Below, in pieces: positions 19,065-28,891 of a DNA stretch of 64,000 bases (its first letter is position 1; the number at the start of each line of letters is the position of its first letter). Below the pieces are notes generated by a model. The model had not been told where the DNA came from, did no database searches, and saw only the letters and a list, made by a program, of their open reading frames with translations. The stretch lies in the IMG/VR virus record IMGVR_UViG_3300023174_000038, positions 1-64,000 of that record; one strand, written 5' to 3'. The position numbers and the translations under genes are program-made.

Positions 19065-20141
19065 TTAAAAGAATGATTTTACTTTATCCGCTATATATTG
19101 TACTTCTTGGTCATTTAACTCTGGATACATTGGGAGACTTAATACACCCCTAGATAGTAACACACTATTACTTAATAAGTCAGGTTTGCCTAACTCTTTG
19201 CCAATTGGTAAATCACCCAACACATACTCATAATGAATTTTACTATCAATTCCGTCACTAAGCAAATGAGCTTGTAGTGAATTTCTATCGGCTAGGTACA
19301 TTACAAACTTTTGATGTGCATGAGGATCTTTAGTATCTGATAAACAATTTATAGGTAAATCCTTAAATTTATCACACCAATATTTTGCTATATCACTTCT
19401 ACGCTTCTGCCAAGCATCTATATACTTTGTTCTAACAAGAATTTGAGCACAATCTTGCTCACTCATTTTACTATTAGTACCTGCATCATAGAAATAAGGT
19501 TTGTTGTTATCTCTGTAACTTGAAGCATATAGGTATAACTTCTCATCATTAGTTACAATAGCACCACCGTTACCCGAGCTAGGTAAATTCTTTGTGGGAT
19601 CAAAACTTATTGACATACCACTACCTACCTCACCTTCACATACTAACCAGTGTTGTGCACCATCAACTATTACTCCATACGCAGTTGAATAACCTGCATT
19701 TGGCCAAGGTTTACGCCCAGCAAAACCCATCACACAATCATATATTCCACCTCTACTAGCATCAATGTGAATAACACCATTTTTATCAGTATCAGCTAAT
19801 TCAACATCCCATCCTGCTGTCAGAAAGGCATTCAATGTAGCCGGATAAGTTAAATTAGGAATACGAATGGTTGGATTGCCTTCCATAGTTTCACTATGTT
19901 TAATCTTTTTCCAACGGGCAATAATCTCTAACGCTTGTGTACCTGAATGTACAGTTATAGCATATTTTGTTTTAGTTCTGTGTTTAAGCCATTCTTCAAA
20001 CGAACGTGTATAATGCCCACCAACTAACTTCCCGTCTTTGAGGGCACGGTCTGTAGCATCTAGTAATTCATCTCTTAAATTACTGTACTGTCTTGCTAGA
20101 CCAAAATGTGCTATTACTAAGCCAGGCATAATATCTTTCAA
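19065..20141 (-). CDS. DegT/DnrJ/EryC1/StrS PLP sugar aminotransferase
   Basis: HSGTQAL, DGAQ, SFDPTKNL (PLP lysine), GGAIVTND, LSLPMYP; real start may be 20129. Confidence 0.9.
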   Translation of the reverse strand: MKDIMPGLVIAHFGLARQYSNLRDELLDATDRALKDGKLVGGHYTRSFEEWLKHRTKTKYAITVHSGTQALEIIARWKKIKHSETMEGNPTIRIPNLTYPATLNAFLTAGWDVELADTDKNGVIHIDASRGGIYDCVMGFAGRKPWPNAGYSTAYGVIVDGAQHWLVCEGEVGSGMSISFDPTKNLPSSGNGGAIVTNDEKLYLYASSYRDNNKPYFYDAGTNSKMSEQDCAQILVRTKYIDAWQKRRSDIAKYWCDKFKDLPINCLSDTKDPHAHQKFVMYLADRNSLQAHLLSDGIDSKIHYEYVLGDLPIGKELGKPDLLSNSVLLSRGVLSLPMYPELNDQEVQYIADKVKSFF

Positions 20142-21057
20142 ATCCTTCTTCTACATCTACTTTAGGATCATATCCAAAGTCTCTACGAGCGGCATCAATG
20201 TTTAATGCACCGCGACTAGGAAAATCAGCATCTTTATCTTTAACTACTAATGTGCCACCGCCTACTAACTTCAACGCTAGTTGTGCGGCTTCTAACAATG
20301 TACGACTGTGGCTCTTAGTAATATTGTATGTCTTGTTCTCTGTGTTATCACTCAATGAGGCTGCAACAATACCATCTGCGGCATCATCAACATATGTAAA
20401 GTCTAATGTTTCATTAGCACCATTGACGTTCAATATTCCACCGCGCATAGCAGTAAGCATGAACTTAGCAATCACACGATCCTCAACATCTAATGGACCA
20501 TATACAGCACTAGGACGAATGATAGTGTGGACAAGATTAGACTTACGTGTGTAATCTTTGACTAACCATTCACCTGCAAGTTTTAATATACCGTATTGAC
20601 CTTGTGGCTTACAGATTGCATCCTCGGTTACATCATCGGTGAAATCACCGTATACCATTGAACTGCTGATATAGATAAATTTACGTACATCATACTTATC
20701 ACTAGCTTCCAGCAAGTTGAGCAACCCTTCACTCATAACACGACTTCCCCATGCGGGATTTGCGTTAACTACTTTTTGTCTTGGGAAGCTAGCCATATGT
20801 ATAACAATTTCTGGCTGCTCTACATTGAATACGTGGTCAACTGATTTAGCATCACTAATATCTCGGTCGTAGATATAACTATCTACTGCTATTTTCTTTC
20901 TACGTTCAGTCATCAAATAATCAATTTCATCTTGTGGGATGATGCCATAGTTTGTTTTAGTATCCATGATAGATACTAGATGACCCTTGTCTTGCAATCG
21001 TTTAACTACATTGTGTCCTATAAGGCCAAGACCTCCTGTAACCAATATATTACTCAT
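20080..21057 (-). CDS. NAD-dependent sugar epimerase/dehydratase
   Basis: TGGLGLIG, SSSMVYG, YGILK, RPSAVYGP, DFTYVDD. Confidence 0.9.
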   Translation of the reverse strand: MSNILVTGGLGLIGHNVVKRLQDKGHLVSIMDTKTNYGIIPQDEIDYLMTERRKKIAVDSYIYDRDISDAKSVDHVFNVEQPEIVIHMASFPRQKVVNANPAWGSRVMSEGLLNLLEASDKYDVRKFIYISSSMVYGDFTDDVTEDAICKPQGQYGILKLAGEWLVKDYTRKSNLVHTIIRPSAVYGPLDVEDRVIAKFMLTAMRGGILNVNGANETLDFTYVDDAADGIVAASLSDNTENKTYNITKSHSRTLLEAAQLALKLVGGGTLVVKDKDADFPSRGALNIDAARRDFGYDPKVDVEEGFERYYAWLSNSTFWSSKTVQ

Positions 21058-21382
21058 ATTTTAATTTCCAAAATGTTAATTGTTTATGTGTTAGATATGC
21101 TCTAATTTGATAGACGTGACCATAACTATATAAATCATGGTTACGATGCCAACTAGGTGCAGGATTAGAGTTTTCCATTATCCACTTACCTTGTTCTGTT
21201 TGTTGCCATTCATATATAGGTTGTGCAACCATAAGATCGGGATCTTCAACATCACCCATTCTAATAGTATGAACTAATTGAGTAATGGATATGGTTTCTT
21301 CCCCGTCATCAGACACTTGTATCTGATATTTAGGTCTAGTGAATTCGTCTTTAGACTGCCATTGTTGCTTTGATTGGGCCAT
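21050..21382 (-). CDS. Hypothetical protein
   Basis: 110-aa ORF coupled between thyA and the epimerase. Confidence 0.65.
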   Translation of the reverse strand: MAQSKQQWQSKDEFTRPKYQIQVSDDGEETISITQLVHTIRMGDVEDPDLMVAQPIYEWQQTEQGKWIMENSNPAPSWHRNHDLYSYGHVYQIRAYLTHKQLTFWKLKYE

Positions 21383-22250
21383 GACTTTGATAGTTCTCTA
21401 AATGTATATCTTCCATTGTCATCTCAAAAATATTATTCTTTGTTGCATTTAACATCAATGTAGGCAATGGATATGGTTCACGTGTTAATTGTTCTTTAAC
21501 TTGTTCAATATGGTCTTTATAGATGTGTGTATCTCCTGTACTGATGACAAGTTCACCTACTTTTAGACCACAGTGATGTGCCAATAGATGTGTAAGTAGT
21601 GCATAACTAGCAATGTTAAAAGGTAAACCCAAGAACACATCAACACTACGCTGATACATATGGCAAGATAGTTCACAATTTTTGTTGACATAGAATTGGC
21701 TCATAACGTGACAAGGGGGCAATGCCATTTCATCTAACTCGCTCACGTTCCAAGAACTTAATATGTGTCTGCGCCCATTAGGATCTTCAGTTAATCCTTT
21801 AATGAGATTTGACAATTGGTCAACTTCAATCTTGTCAACTGCAAGGCGTGTGCCACCTTTGTGTGCCGAGCCCATGTCTTTTTCGGTACGGTACTTGTTC
21901 CAATGGCGCCATTGTACTCCGTATATACGTCCGAGATCGCCTTCAAATTTTGCTTTGTGTTTCCAATACGGTGCAAGCGCATTTGGCGTCCATATCGTAA
22001 CGGTACCATCTCTACTACCATGGGTAATCTCAGCCAATCTACGTTCATCACTAGAGCCTTCAATAAACCAAAGTAGTTCACCGACACAAGCTTTCCAAGC
22101 AAGTTTTTTAGTTGTAACGGCTGGAAAACCTCTACGCAAATCAAACCTTAACTGTCTAGCAAATAAAGAAATTGTACCGATTCCAGTTCTGTCATCTTTA
22201 ATTTCCCCGTTGTCTAAAATATCTTGTAATAGTTCTAAATATTGTTTCAT
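21351..22250 (-). CDS. thyA: Thymidylate synthase
   Basis: DRTGIGT, ELLWFI, YGVQWR, MALPPCH, YQRSVDVFLGLPFN, DTHIY. Confidence 0.96.
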   Translation of the reverse strand: MKQYLELLQDILDNGEIKDDRTGIGTISLFARQLRFDLRRGFPAVTTKKLAWKACVGELLWFIEGSSDERRLAEITHGSRDGTVTIWTPNALAPYWKHKAKFEGDLGRIYGVQWRHWNKYRTEKDMGSAHKGGTRLAVDKIEVDQLSNLIKGLTEDPNGRRHILSSWNVSELDEMALPPCHVMSQFYVNKNCELSCHMYQRSVDVFLGLPFNIASYALLTHLLAHHCGLKVGELVISTGDTHIYKDHIEQVKEQLTREPYPLPTLMLNATKNNIFEMTMEDIHLENYQSHGPIKATMAV

Positions 22251-22274
22251 AAATTATTATATCATGTTAATAAG

Positions 22275-22301
22275 AAAAGCCCCGACTTATCAGGGCTTTT
22301 T
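22275..22301 (-). terminator. Intrinsic, possibly bidirectional, terminator
   Basis: AAAAAGCCCTGA-TAAG-TCGGGGCTTTT. Confidence 0.7.
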
Positions 22302-22308
22302 GATTGAA

Positions 22309-22605
22309 TTAAAGTTTACCCAAAAGTCTATCAGTTTCGGGTTGAACAGTTTCAGCAATACTTTGCACATTAAGTACAAACTCTACACTTACAATAGAAT
22401 CTTCCAACTCATTTAATTTACGACTAACAGCATCTTCTACTTGATCTGGATCTAAACCTTGTTGAAGTAACTTCTGAATGTTAATCGTTTGTTGCTTCTT
22501 ACCGGTTAGTTTAATAATTAATTTTTTAATAAACTCTACTGGTATTTTGTTCTTCTCCACATCTTCAAGGATATGCTCCCATTTATCAATAAAATCAGGC
22601 GACAT
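22309..22605 (-). CDS. Hypothetical protein
   Basis: 98-aa ORF coupled to the upstream gene. Confidence 0.7.
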   Translation of the reverse strand: MSPDFIDKWEHILEDVEKNKIPVEFIKKLIIKLTGKKQQTINIQKLLQQGLDPDQVEDAVSRKLNELEDSIVSVEFVLNVQSIAETVQPETDRLLGKL

Positions 22606-23305
22606 TAGTTACTTTTTTTGTATATTTTCTTTTTGCTGGAGCAGCCACTTCTGTGATAACCTCTGCCTTTTTAGTTTTAGCTTTAGTTGCCTTAGGTGCT
22701 AATGAAGGATCCAATGTTTGAGCCTCAGTAGTTAGACGTTGTGCTTCAGCTAATAAGCCTTTAGCTTCACGTTCCATTTTTTGTGCTTGTTCAATACGTT
22801 GTTTAGCTAATGACGCATCACCCAATGCATCGCCTGATGAAGCGACTACTGGTGATTGACCTTTTTGTCCACGCATTCTACGTGCTACATCAGCTGGATC
22901 TTGTAATCCACGACTCTGGTCTAATTCAGCCATACGTTTAACTGCATCTTCACCCAATTTCATTTCATCTAAAATTTTATTAAGTTCATTCAACTTGATA
23001 CGTGTGTTTGGTGCAGGTGTCATTACAATCACTTCTGTATTGACTTTCTTTAGTTGACTTTCAGCATGTAAAACTTGCAGTATTGGTCTTCCGTCTTGTG
23101 TATAACTTCTATTTAATGCATCAGCCAAATTTTCACTACTTTGTCCAATATCACTTTCAATACAACGAATTAATGAATCATGTATGTTCTTATTGATTGT
23201 TTCTGTATATGTTACCAAGCACATATGAGGCTCGCCTGGTACTTCTCGGAAAATTACAGCTACTTTTCTATCCCCGTGTTTCCCTACGTGTCTTGTAAAA
23301 CTCAT
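22595..23305 (-). CDS. Hypothetical protein
   Basis: 236-aa ORF, SD AAGGAG, basic C-terminus. Confidence 0.75.
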   Translation of the reverse strand: MSFTRHVGKHGDRKVAVIFREVPGEPHMCLVTYTETINKNIHDSLIRCIESDIGQSSENLADALNRSYTQDGRPILQVLHAESQLKKVNTEVIVMTPAPNTRIKLNELNKILDEMKLGEDAVKRMAELDQSRGLQDPADVARRMRGQKGQSPVVASSGDALGDASLAKQRIEQAQKMEREAKGLLAEAQRLTTEAQTLDPSLAPKATKAKTKKAEVITEVAAPAKRKYTKKVTNVA

Positions 23306-23380
23306 ATTATGTTCTCCTTGTAATATGCTTAAAGTTATTTAATAAGAAATTTGTTGTTTACAAAATTTCCATATGCCCAT

Positions 23381-23638
23381 TTATGACCATTTTAGTTCGT
23401 AAAATACTGCTTCTTGTGGATCTTCAAATGCAATACAACTAGGAGAAACTAGTTCAAGTAACCTACTACTATTACTAATAGTAGGATATGTAATACTAAA
23501 TCTACCACTCAATTTATCTAAAACCCATTGTTTAGATTCAGGTGTGCATGGGTGTGAGGTTACTATAAAATGTTTAGGAGTATGTGTCAATTCTCTTTCA
23601 CTAAACCATGTAATAGGATCCAATTGATATTCAATCAT
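23381..23638 (-). CDS. Hypothetical protein
   Basis: 85 aa ending AFEDPQEAVFYELKWS; ATGA overlap with the upstream gene. Confidence 0.7.
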   Translation of the reverse strand: MIEYQLDPITWFSERELTHTPKHFIVTSHPCTPESKQWVLDKLSGRFSITYPTISNSSRLLELVSPSCIAFEDPQEAVFYELKWS

Positions 23639-24066
23639 TTTGTTAAATTATCCAACATCTTATATTTCTCCCAAGCTTCTACTACTACAGGTGTACTGTT
23701 ATCATTAGTGGGAACAACTTGCATCCACAATCCGTGACCTAACTTTGCCGGATGGTTGTATGGATAATAATGTCCGGCTGTTCTGCCTTCACTATCAAAT
23801 ACTCTAGGTTGGTGTATTCTGCCTGAATAATACAATCTAGTTGCTAATTCTGTTACTTTAGTTAAATCATAGTCATCTAATCCATAACTTGCAGGGTTAC
23901 TGGCATGAGGATTACCTTCTAGATAATATTGCTGTACTACCTGAATGTATTTTTCATGATCAGGGCATAACGTGCGTGTTACTATAAACATAACATCATC
24001 CTCGGACACTTCACCTGCCATCAAACTAAGTAAGCAACCGCCGAGGCTTGTACCAATGTACATCAT
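23635..24066 (-). CDS. Hypothetical protein
   Basis: 143-aa coupled ORF. Confidence 0.7.
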   Translation of the reverse strand: MMYIGTSLGGCLLSLMAGEVSEDDVMFIVTRTLCPDHEKYIQVVQQYYLEGNPHASNPASYGLDDYDLTKVTELATRLYYSGRIHQPRVFDSEGRTAGHYYPYNHPAKLGHGLWMQVVPTNDNSTPVVVEAWEKYKMLDNLTK

Positions 24067-24419
24067 ACAATCAATTTTCTTTCTTGCTTAACATAATCAC
24101 TATAAACTTTCTTCCCATTCTTTCTAATCCATTCTACAATAGGTTGTGGATCATCATTAAATGCTTCTGTAAGTTCTTTATACTTTAAAGTGCTAGTGAA
24201 TTCATAAATCTCATACGCACGTTGGCTATTAAATTTAGCACGAAGGATCAGCATTTGTAATGGAATGCCTGTAGGTTTTGCTGGAATTTGTTCTTCTTTA
24301 AGAATAGCAACAACCTTTTGCTTCTCCCATTGATTGTATCTATCCATATGATAGCCAACATCATGTAGGCTTTCAAGACCGTTACAGTCCCAAACTGCTA
24401 AGTAGTGTTTAGTCATCAT
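24063..24419 (-). CDS. Hypothetical protein
   Basis: 118-aa coupled ORF. Confidence 0.7.
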   Translation of the reverse strand: MMTKHYLAVWDCNGLESLHDVGYHMDRYNQWEKQKVVAILKEEQIPAKPTGIPLQMLILRAKFNSQRAYEIYEFTSTLKYKELTEAFNDDPQPIVEWIRKNGKKVYSDYVKQERKLIV

Positions 24420-24525
24420 GCTTTGATAAGGTATCTAATGCTCCGGTGAGTAGTCTAATAAAAATATAAAAGATTACTCCTAGTACTAATACTATAAATC
24501 CATAGCCAAGTATATCTAATATCAT
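24409..24525 (-). CDS. 38-aa single-TM membrane peptide (MILDILGYGFIVLVLGVIFYIFIRLLTGALDTLSKHDD)
   Basis: Hand translation; ATGA overlap with the vWA gene stop; fills the gap between neighbours. Confidence 0.6.
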   Translation of the reverse strand: MILDILGYGFIVLVLGVIFYIFIRLLTGALDTLSKHDD

Positions 24526-25808
24526 GCTGTTACTGGCTCATCATAGATTGCATATGTACCGAATGGGGGATTGGGATTCTTATCACCATGAATGACCCAT
24601 GTCGTATCACAATAATCTGCATCACCCCAACTACCAAAAGGATAGCCATCAGTAAAACAAATCAATCGTTTAGGTACATTGCCGATATCTTTCAAGTACT
24701 TAAAGATACAATCAAAGTCAGTACCGCCACCGCCCATTGGCTCATATTCATCAATGAGGTCCATGTTCTCACTACTGAAGTCTTTGGGGTTGTATGTCTC
24801 AGTATCAAAACAGAATACATGGACCTTATAACCATCAAAACTATTCATCATGCCACCGATTTCACCTAAGAATGCCTGTGCTTGACTATTGCTAATACTA
24901 CCTGACATATCAATTGCAATAACAACATCAATTTCTTCACCGGGATTCATGCCGGGCATGATAGCATCCATGTGCCAACCTCTACGTGAGGGACGCATCC
25001 AACTATAATCTGTACGAATAGCACTTGTCAAATTAGTTTGAATCAGTTCACGCCAAGGCATAACTGGGTTAGTATGCTGTTTAATCAAACGCTCAACACC
25101 TAAGGGTAATGAACCTGCTTCAGCACTACTTGCGGCATTGATAATAGCTTGCTTAACTTCCTGACGTACACGTTCACGTTCTTCAGGACTCATTGAAGGA
25201 CGCTTACCTTTTTTATTACCTTCACCTTCTTGATCACCGTCACTATCACCGTCACCATCCATGTGATCGTCAATCATCTGGTCAACTAAATCATCAATAG
25301 AGATTTTCTGAACATTCTTCATTAAATCATCATAGATTTCTTCTGCGGCTTTACCATCATACTTTTGCTCATATAAGCAAGGTACTGTCTTAATAAACTC
25401 ACCTACTTTGTGACGTTTCAAATCAGCATTAACAGCATAGTCATCAGCAATGTTCCAGATCTCAGGATCACGATTACCTCTACGACCCATGTGGTCATAT
25501 ACAACGTGTAACACTTCATGTCCAACTAAGAATTCAACTTCTTTGGGCTTCAACATCATAATGAAACGACTATTGTAGTAGAATTTCAAGCCATCAGTTG
25601 CCGCTGTACTACACCATTCATCAGCATTAATCAATTGCATACGTGTAGCAAGATTGCCAAAAAAACTATGACGTAACAATAGACCAATACGTGCGGTAAC
25701 TAATTTCTCACGTGCTTGATAGTCAATCTTACTATCTGTAGGTCCTACAAGATTCTCAAATTTCTTACTACGACTACGTTTCTTACTGGGATTAATTACT
25801 TCACTCAT
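24522..25808 (-). CDS. Metallopeptidase-like plus vWA domain protein (DUF2201-type)
   Basis: TAATDG, HEVLH, WN.A.D, MIDAS motif DMSGS, GGGGTDF, FTDG. Confidence 0.85.
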   Translation of the reverse strand: MSEVINPSKKRSRSKKFENLVGPTDSKIDYQAREKLVTARIGLLLRHSFFGNLATRMQLINADEWCSTAATDGLKFYYNSRFIMMLKPKEVEFLVGHEVLHVVYDHMGRRGNRDPEIWNIADDYAVNADLKRHKVGEFIKTVPCLYEQKYDGKAAEEIYDDLMKNVQKISIDDLVDQMIDDHMDGDGDSDGDQEGEGNKKGKRPSMSPEERERVRQEVKQAIINAASSAEAGSLPLGVERLIKQHTNPVMPWRELIQTNLTSAIRTDYSWMRPSRRGWHMDAIMPGMNPGEEIDVVIAIDMSGSISNSQAQAFLGEIGGMMNSFDGYKVHVFCFDTETYNPKDFSSENMDLIDEYEPMGGGGTDFDCIFKYLKDIGNVPKRLICFTDGYPFGSWGDADYCDTTWVIHGDKNPNPPFGTYAIYDEPVTA

Positions 25809-25833
25809 ATTGGTCCTTTGTTATTTAAGTATC

Positions 25834-25866
25834 TATTGTAACAGAGATTGTATTAATTGTCAAAAT
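25834..25866 (-). promoter_or_regulatory. Sigma70-type early promoter
   Basis: TTGACA-ATTAATACAATCTCTGT-TACAAT. Confidence 0.75.
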
Positions 25867-26030
25867 TACATTGACAGTTTGCGATAGCCTTTATCAAAGT
25901 AAATCCTTGCGTAAGGATCCGCACCTTTAGTGTACAGTTCCTCCGCTTCACTTTTGTTCAATCCACGATCTCGGGCACTTTGACCCATTGCGTAGAAATA
26001 CTTCTTGCCAGTTAAAATCTTTGTTGCCAT
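25866..26030 (-). CDS. 54-aa hypothetical protein (MATKILTGKKYFYAMGQSARDRG...)
   Basis: Hand translation; starts just after the ATPase stop and ends at the next promoter. Confidence 0.6.
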   Translation of the reverse strand: MATKILTGKKYFYAMGQSARDRGLNKSEAEELYTKGADPYARIYFDKGYRKLSM

Positions 26031-26031
26031 A

Positions 26032-27132
26032 TTAATTACCTGCGTCTACAATGTACTTGCCGTATTTCTTGTGAAAGTCATCAAAGTTCTTCAACTGACT
26101 AGGTTCAATCGGTAACTTGTATGTCTTAAGCGCAATCTTAGCACCCATAACAACTAGTTCAGTCTCAAAGTTTGCCATAATGTAACTGAAGAAATTATCA
26201 GCCATTGTGTGAAACTCTTTACTAGAAACTTTCTTTGTTTCAAGTGCATCACGCAATTCATAGCACATTGAAATTGTCAATGAGTACATAGCAGAAATTT
26301 CTTTAACTGCAAGGTCCTTAACTTTACCTGACAAAATATCTGAGGGTTCGGGCATACGACCTGCTACTTTACGATGTGCCGCAAACTTAACAGCAAGACC
26401 TTCACCGACAGCACCTGAAATCAAATTGAACAATGTATCACTATCTGTATCATCTTCATCATTCAACAAGTCACTTACAAAACACCATGTACGAGGTGTA
26501 GCAAATGCTCTGCTTGATGATTTAGCATCAAAGTCATACAAATCTTGTTTAGCGAAACTCAAGTAACCCACAACGTCTTTGTGAATACCTTTGTTTACTG
26601 CCCAGTTCTGCCAAGAAGTAAAATCTGCTCTCATTTCTAAGTGTAAGAAACGATTAGCGAGGGGCATCGGCATACGATATGTAACACCTTTGTCACTATC
26701 ACGATTACCTGCCGCAACAATCACAACGTTATCGGGAAGTACATACTTACCAACTCTGCGATTCAAAATCAACTGATAGCCGGCCGCTTGTACTGCGGGA
26801 CTTGCTGAATTCATTTCATCTAAGAATAGAACAACGATAGGGTACTTGCTTGCTAGTTCATCATCAGGCAAGTCAACTGGTGCCGCCCAATCCATCTTAT
26901 TAATATCTTTATTAAAGAATGGGATACCACGAATGTCAGTAGGCTCCATTTGTGCCATACGCAAGTCAATCATGTAGCCACCGAGTTCTTCAGTAACTTC
27001 TGCTACAACTTCTGATTTACCGATGCCGGGAGGGCCCCACAAGAAAAGCGGGCGTTTTGCTTTAAATGCTTTAAGCATTGCTTTGCGAGTTTGTACACTA
27101 GTGATAGTGAGATTATCTGATACTGATGCCAT
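26032..27132 (-). CDS. MoxR-like AAA+ ATPase
   Basis: WGPPGIGKS, LFLDEMN, AAGNR, PLANRF, TPRTW; partner vWA gene downstream. Confidence 0.88.
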   Translation of the reverse strand: MASVSDNLTITSVQTRKAMLKAFKAKRPLFLWGPPGIGKSEVVAEVTEELGGYMIDLRMAQMEPTDIRGIPFFNKDINKMDWAAPVDLPDDELASKYPIVVLFLDEMNSASPAVQAAGYQLILNRRVGKYVLPDNVVIVAAGNRDSDKGVTYRMPMPLANRFLHLEMRADFTSWQNWAVNKGIHKDVVGYLSFAKQDLYDFDAKSSSRAFATPRTWCFVSDLLNDEDDTDSDTLFNLISGAVGEGLAVKFAAHRKVAGRMPEPSDILSGKVKDLAVKEISAMYSLTISMCYELRDALETKKVSSKEFHTMADNFFSYIMANFETELVVMGAKIALKTYKLPIEPSQLKNFDDFHKKYGKYIVDAGN

Positions 27133-27165
27133 TAAGTGCTCCTGTTGAAAATTTAATATGTATGA

Positions 27166-27298
27166 AGTATAGTATAAAACTGATTTATTGTCAAATTTTG
27201 TGTTGTTGTTTATTTACAACAGTTTGGGTGTTGATAAACTGTCAGTTTTCTAGCTTCAATATGAGTATTGTATCACTGATTGGATTTATTGTCAAATT
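27166..27298 (-). promoter_or_regulatory. Two tandem sigma70 early promoters of the TTGACAATAAAT family
   Basis: TTGACA-N17-TACAAT (about 27267-27295) and TTGACA-N17-TATACT (about 27166-27194). Confidence 0.8.
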
Positions 27299-27594
27299 TA
27301 AGCAATACACTTGTATGCTCTACTTAGCATAGCTTGTAAGAGAGTACTGGCCCTACTAACATCAAAGTTTTCTTGACGATAGTGCCATTTTTTCTTACGT
27401 TCTGCAATTTCTAGTAGGTCCATTAGTTTATACTTGTCTTTTAGATCATTTGTACCCATAAGCATTTTCTGCATATCTACAATATCTAAACTGTACTCTA
27501 CCCATTTCATTGTACTATCAATCTTTTTCTTAGGGATCATTAGTGGCCCATCAATTGATTTTGTATACTTCAATACATAATTTGCTATCTTCAT
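27298..27594 (-). CDS. Hypothetical early protein
   Basis: 98 aa with its own promoter and SD AAGGA. Confidence 0.7.
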   Translation of the reverse strand: MKIANYVLKYTKSIDGPLMIPKKKIDSTMKWVEYSLDIVDMQKMLMGTNDLKDKYKLMDLLEIAERKKKWHYRQENFDVSRASTLLQAMLSRAYKCIA

Positions 27595-27621
27595 AATAGG
27601 TCCTTAATTAAGTAAAAGTCA

Positions 27622-27652
27622 ATTATAGACCCAAAACGATTTATTGTCAAAT
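27622..27652 (-). promoter_or_regulatory. Consensus sigma70 promoter
   Basis: TTGACA-ATAAATCGTTTTGGGTC-TATAAT. Confidence 0.85.
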
Positions 27653-27906
27653 TACTTCATTAAATTAGCCATTAATACTAACTTTTCTAAGTGATTGATA
27701 GCATTATTGATATCGGCTACTTTGTCATCAAGCATTGAGAACTTACCCGTTCTACGAATAGCTACCTCAAGCTTGCTTAATTCTGTAACCATTTTGTCTA
27801 TGTTTTTGTGCATACGATGTAAGTCTGGATTATAGCCAATGCCATTCATTTGACTACTTAAGTAACTACTAACTTGATTCCAATCTAATGCACGTTCTAT
27901 TTTCAT
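27652..27906 (-). CDS. Hypothetical early protein (probably leaderless mRNA)
   Basis: 84 aa; TTGACA-N17-TATAAT ends 6 nt before the ATG. Confidence 0.7.
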   Translation of the reverse strand: MKIERALDWNQVSSYLSSQMNGIGYNPDLHRMHKNIDKMVTELSKLEVAIRRTGKFSMLDDKVADINNAINHLEKLVLMANLMK

Positions 27907-27942
27907 AAGAGTATTATAACATGTTATGGTATTTATGTCAAC

Positions 27943-27966
27943 AAAAAAGGCTCCTAAGAGCCTTTT
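27943..27966 (-). terminator. Intrinsic terminator after the porin gene
   Basis: AAAAGGCTC-TTAG-GAGCCTTTTTT. Confidence 0.8.
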
Positions 27967-27985
27967 GTATAATCTTAACTAAAGA

Positions 27986-28891
27986 TTAAAAGCTATGAGA
28001 TAAACCAATACCAACTTGTTTAACATCATTTGTTTTACCACCAGCATCAACATTGCGATAAGCAACTAATACATTGGTACGCTTACTGAAAGCATAATTA
28101 ACACCTACGTTATATGCTTTAACTTCTCCTGCGGCTAAACCAGTTTTAGTAGCATAGCTACCTTTAACACTAACTTCATTAGTTACCGGAGCTGTTACAC
28201 CATAAAAATGACCTTTAGTTTTAACTAGACCTGCTTTATCATCACTTTGAATTGTAGACAATTCAAAACCAGCTAGTTTTCCACTAGCAGTTACTACATT
28301 GGTATAATCTGTACCAGATTCAAAACGTGCAACTGCGGCTGCAACAGGACCTAATTTTCCACCAATACTCCATGATGTTGCTTCTAACGTAGCAGGTGCT
28401 GTGTACATACTACGGTCATACGTAGCAAATACAGGACCAAAATTTGCGGCTAAGTAAGCACCATCACCAATACGCTTGTCACGTACATTAACTACATCAA
28501 CCGAAACGGATGAATAAAGCGCACCGCCAAATGGATCAGCGTTCTTCATAGTAATGTATTCACTGTGTTCTTTACGACCTAAATCAATACTACCAAATTT
28601 ATTAGAAAGACCAATTGTACTTTGACGATCACCTAATTGTGTTGTAGCCCCAGCTTTTGGATCATCGGCTACTACAGAAGTTTCAACAACTACTCTAGCT
28701 GTTAATCCATGTCCTAATTTTTCTTCAGCTTTGATGCCAAAACGACTTGAATCATTAACAAGAGAGTTAATTTTTACAGTACCTGTTTTAGTGCTATCAG
28801 CAAATTCACTGATTTTACCATATACTGATACTTGTGCTGTTGCAACCATTGTTGTTGCAGCCAATAATGTCGCTAATGCGATTTTTTTCAT
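27986..28891 (-). CDS. Gram-negative general porin (beta-proteobacterial type)
   Basis: Signal peptide, AQVSVYG, SRFGIKAEEKLGHGL, RQSTIGL..FGSIDLGR, YAFSKRT, C-terminal GIGLSHSF. Confidence 0.9.
   Translation of the reverse strand: MKKIALATLLAATTMVATAQVSVYGKISEFADSTKTGTVKINSLVNDSSRFGIKAEEKLGHGLTARVVVETSVVADDPKAGATTQLGDRQSTIGLSNKFGSIDLGRKEHSEYITMKNADPFGGALYSSVSVDVVNVRDKRIGDGAYLAANFGPVFATYDRSMYTAPATLEATSWSIGGKLGPVAAAVARFESGTDYTNVVTASGKLAGFELSTIQSDDKAGLVKTKGHFYGVTAPVTNEVSVKGSYATKTGLAAGEVKAYNVGVNYAFSKRTNVLVAYRNVDAGGKTNDVKQVGIGLSHSF

Noticed and set aside
21763-22416. 217-aa plus-strand ORF
   Set aside because: Antisense to thyA; explained by codon bias of the real gene
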